Notes under the pieces: model-generated
The model's input: the letters and a program-made list of their open reading frames with translations, nothing else
What the model was told of the DNA's origin: nothing
Database searches by the model: none
Program-made: the position numbers and the translations under genes
From: Bugula neritina
Lineage: Eukaryota > Animalia > Bryozoa
Reading direction: 5' to 3'
NCBI GenBank assembly: GCA_964035545.1
Contig: CAXIUT010000219.1
Coordinates: forward strand, 1-38,509
DNA length: 38,509 nucleotides
In this document: positions 36,087 to 38,509 of the stretch, piece by piece
Layout of the letters: the number at the start of each line of letters is the position of its first letter
Numbering within the stretch: the stretch's first letter is position 1

Positions 36087-36122
36087 TTTTTATGATTTAT
36101 ATCTTTAATTAATTTTAGAAGA

Positions 36123-36776
36123 ATGAAGAAAAGTATTGTCTCTTCTTTTATTTAAAAAACATGGGAAATGTTGGAAGATTACCAGAACTAGCATATCCTT
36201 AGATGGAGAAATGAAGGTGAGTCATTTGAAATCATCAATGAACAACTTTTTGTTGATTAAATTCTACCTAAATACTTTAAACATGCAAACTTTTCATCAT
36301 TTATTAGACAAGTAAATCCTTATTAAGTCAGCTGAATATGTATAACTTTCACAAGAAAAAAACTATTGACAATTCAGTGGAGTTTTATCATAAACTTTTT
36401 AGAAGAAATCAACAGTATTCATTTTCTAATCAAGACAACTTCTGTTGGGAATCAAGAGGAAACCTAGTGAAGCTGATTTGCAATTAGGATAATAGTTGTT
36501 AAGAAAGTTAATACCAGAAGTATAAAAAGGTACTTTAGAGACTATTTAGAAAAAGAAACGGAAGTAGACAAAGAAAATTCATTGCTTATGCATATGAAAA
36601 AGTATGGATAGTAGCAGGCTAAAGAAAATCAGGAGTTTTTTGGAAATAAAGAGACAAAAATGAATACCAACATTCTGGGAATAGCTGATTGGTTAAATAA
36701 TCGAAGTCATATAAATGAATGGACGATGTAGAAGAAGATAAAGACGATGGTACAATTGGATATATTAAGGTTTTGA
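36123..36776 (+). CDS. HSF-type DNA-binding domain protein (introns 36312-36331, 36415-36434, 36530-36549; C-terminal end uncertain)
   Basis: FIEKTWEMLED..ILRW...GESF..[34 protein letters not shown]..IKRK. Confidence 0.9.
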
Positions 36777-36863
36777 AGAGACCTCCTTTGAGTGGTATTT
36801 AGAACCAATAAAACTGAAAAAGATATCAATATGCTACTTATTTTATAAATATATCAATAGTCA

Positions 36864-37817
36864 TCATTTAGAACAAATTTTTGTTAGAAAATGCCTTGAA
36901 TAAGTATTTTATAAATGTACTTTCTAACGGATGAGATGCCAGTTAGAAAGAGTCGATGTTACTTTCTTTTGAAAACTTTATCTTACTAGATATCTTTTGT
37001 TGAGTGAGATTTTTGATGACTAAGTTTCTTTTTTTATTTTTTAAAGTTTTTAGTTGAGATTAAATAGTTTTTCTTCTTGTTTTTTGTTATTTTAAGTTTA
37101 TTTTTGTATTTTGCAATTAATATCATTGATTTATCTATTTCTTTTCTGCTTTTATAATTGAAGTTGATGATGTTTATCTTCTACTTCTTTTATTTTCATT
37201 TATTTTTCTTTTATTAACTGTTCTTCTTAGGCAATGGTCTTTTTTATCGTAAGTTTATTCTTATTAATCTCCCATAATTTTTATTGATAACTTGAATACA
37301 GTTCTTTCATCTTTTAAATTGATTCTTTTTTGAAATCAACGACTTCTTCATACTATTGAATAGTTCCATTAAGTTTTTTATCTTACAATTATGTTTTCTT
37401 TATCTTTTCTTCTTGAATTAAACTTTTCTCAGCTATTTCTTTTTGTTTTTCTAACAATAACTATCTTTCGATCATTTTTGTATCCTTTTCATTTGATAAA
37501 AATTTTAATTTATCAAATAGTGTTTCTTTCTCTATCTTTAACCTTAGTATTTATTTCTAATTATCACTATTCTCCTTTTTAAGCTATTTTCTTCGAAATT
37601 ACTCTTCTACTTGAACTTGAAATAACTAATACTGTTGTTTAGTCATTCCCTATATTCTACTTGGAAAAGATTTCAACTTAGTTTCCATCTCTGACTTTGT
37701 AAACTCATTTTCTTGAAGTACAGCTATCTTACAAGCTACATAAGCTTTCAATCGTTTAACTGATCCAACATATTCTTCTATTACTTTGTTCTCCTACATA
37801 GACATCAAGTTTTCCAT
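36864..37817 (-). CDS. Coiled-coil hypothetical protein, 317 aa
   Basis: Uninterrupted K/E/Q-rich frame from ATG to TGA. Confidence 0.75.
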
Positions 37818-37883
37818 TAATAGATTTATAGAATATAATGTTCATATACTACGAAAACATCTTTAATCAGATCTAATCACCAA

Positions 37884-38372
37884 TCATTCTATCTGCAGTT
37901 CATCGATATTCCATTCTTCAAAGCCCTCATTAGGAATGAATCGACGGATCTTGAAAGGTATTTTGCCTTCTCCCAACTCTTTCTCTGCTATTTTGAGGCT
38001 ATTAGTTGAAAGGAGGTCATCTGAGGTGAGGGCAGAGTAGATCGGTGAACCATTTGATATTTGGGCTGCTCTGATTCCAACTACTCTTGCTTTTTCATAT
38101 TTTGTTATGATTGGTAAAGTTATTTTTTTTTTATTTGGCTTCACAGAATACTTGCATGGTTCAGTAACAACCTGAAACAGTTCTTAAGGACTTGATTCTC
38201 CTTCTTCGAGTGAGTAGTCATCAGATCCATTCTCAGATTTATCTCTGCATGACAGGGTCTCTTCTGATAGATCATCATTGTTGGTATCCTGGAGGTCTTC
38301 ATGTGAAAGTTCTGAAAGTTCATTAGAGAAGGAGGCTGAAAGGGATTCTTCTTGAGTTTAATGATCGCTCAT
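37884..38372 (-). CDS. RPB6: RNA polymerase I/II/III common subunit Rpb6
   Basis: Acidic N-terminus; ITKYEKARVVGIRAAQIS..IAEKELGEGKIPFKIRRFIPNEGFEEW. Confidence 0.95.
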
Positions 38373-38441
38373 AAGTTAATATTATCATCTAGTCAATTTG
38401 ATTTTGCATCAATATGGCGCTTATATTTTAAAAACAAACAA

Positions 38442-38509
38442 GGGGTTGGGGTTGGGGTTGGGGTTGGGGTTGGGGTTGGGGTTGGGGTTGGGGTTGGGGT
38501 TGGGGTTGG
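38442..38509 (+). repeat. Right telomere (GGGGTT)n
   Basis: G4T2 array running to the window end. Confidence 0.97.

Overview
This is not prokaryotic DNA. It reads as a gene-dense ciliate macronuclear chromosome, capped by (C4A2)n at 1-98 and (G4T2)n at 38442-38509. In-frame TAA and TAG repeatedly sit at invariant Glu positions (HRDIKP[TAA]N, WYRAP[TAG]C, GTFS[TAG]V, [TAG]IHG), so UAA/UAG = Glu and UGA is the only stop. That is the peritrich nuclear code (table 30), which is why the supplied standard-code ORF track is fragmented. Retranslating by hand gives about 26 genes: Mon1, two Cys-rich surface proteins, a tandem CCCH protein, PP2C, a MOK-like kinase, a Bdp1-like SANT protein, a trypsin/V8-like protease, Brx1, a 4CXXC/PHD/RS protein, a sirtuin, a PDI-family protein, CKS1, two tandem 2-TM paralogs, an aquaporin, a scramblase, an HSF-domain protein, RPB6 and several hypotheticals. 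Main oddities: (1) 18 of 20 inferred introns are exactly 20 nt; (2) the kinase gene has two back-to-back 20-nt introns with a zero-length exon, suggesting recursive splicing; (3) there are two internal G4T2 tracts, one inside a protease gene where the catalytic Asp segment should be; (4) two otherwise divergent paralogs share a 233-bp identical tract. All translations and coordinates were derived by hand, and several homopolymer indels suggest consensus errors.
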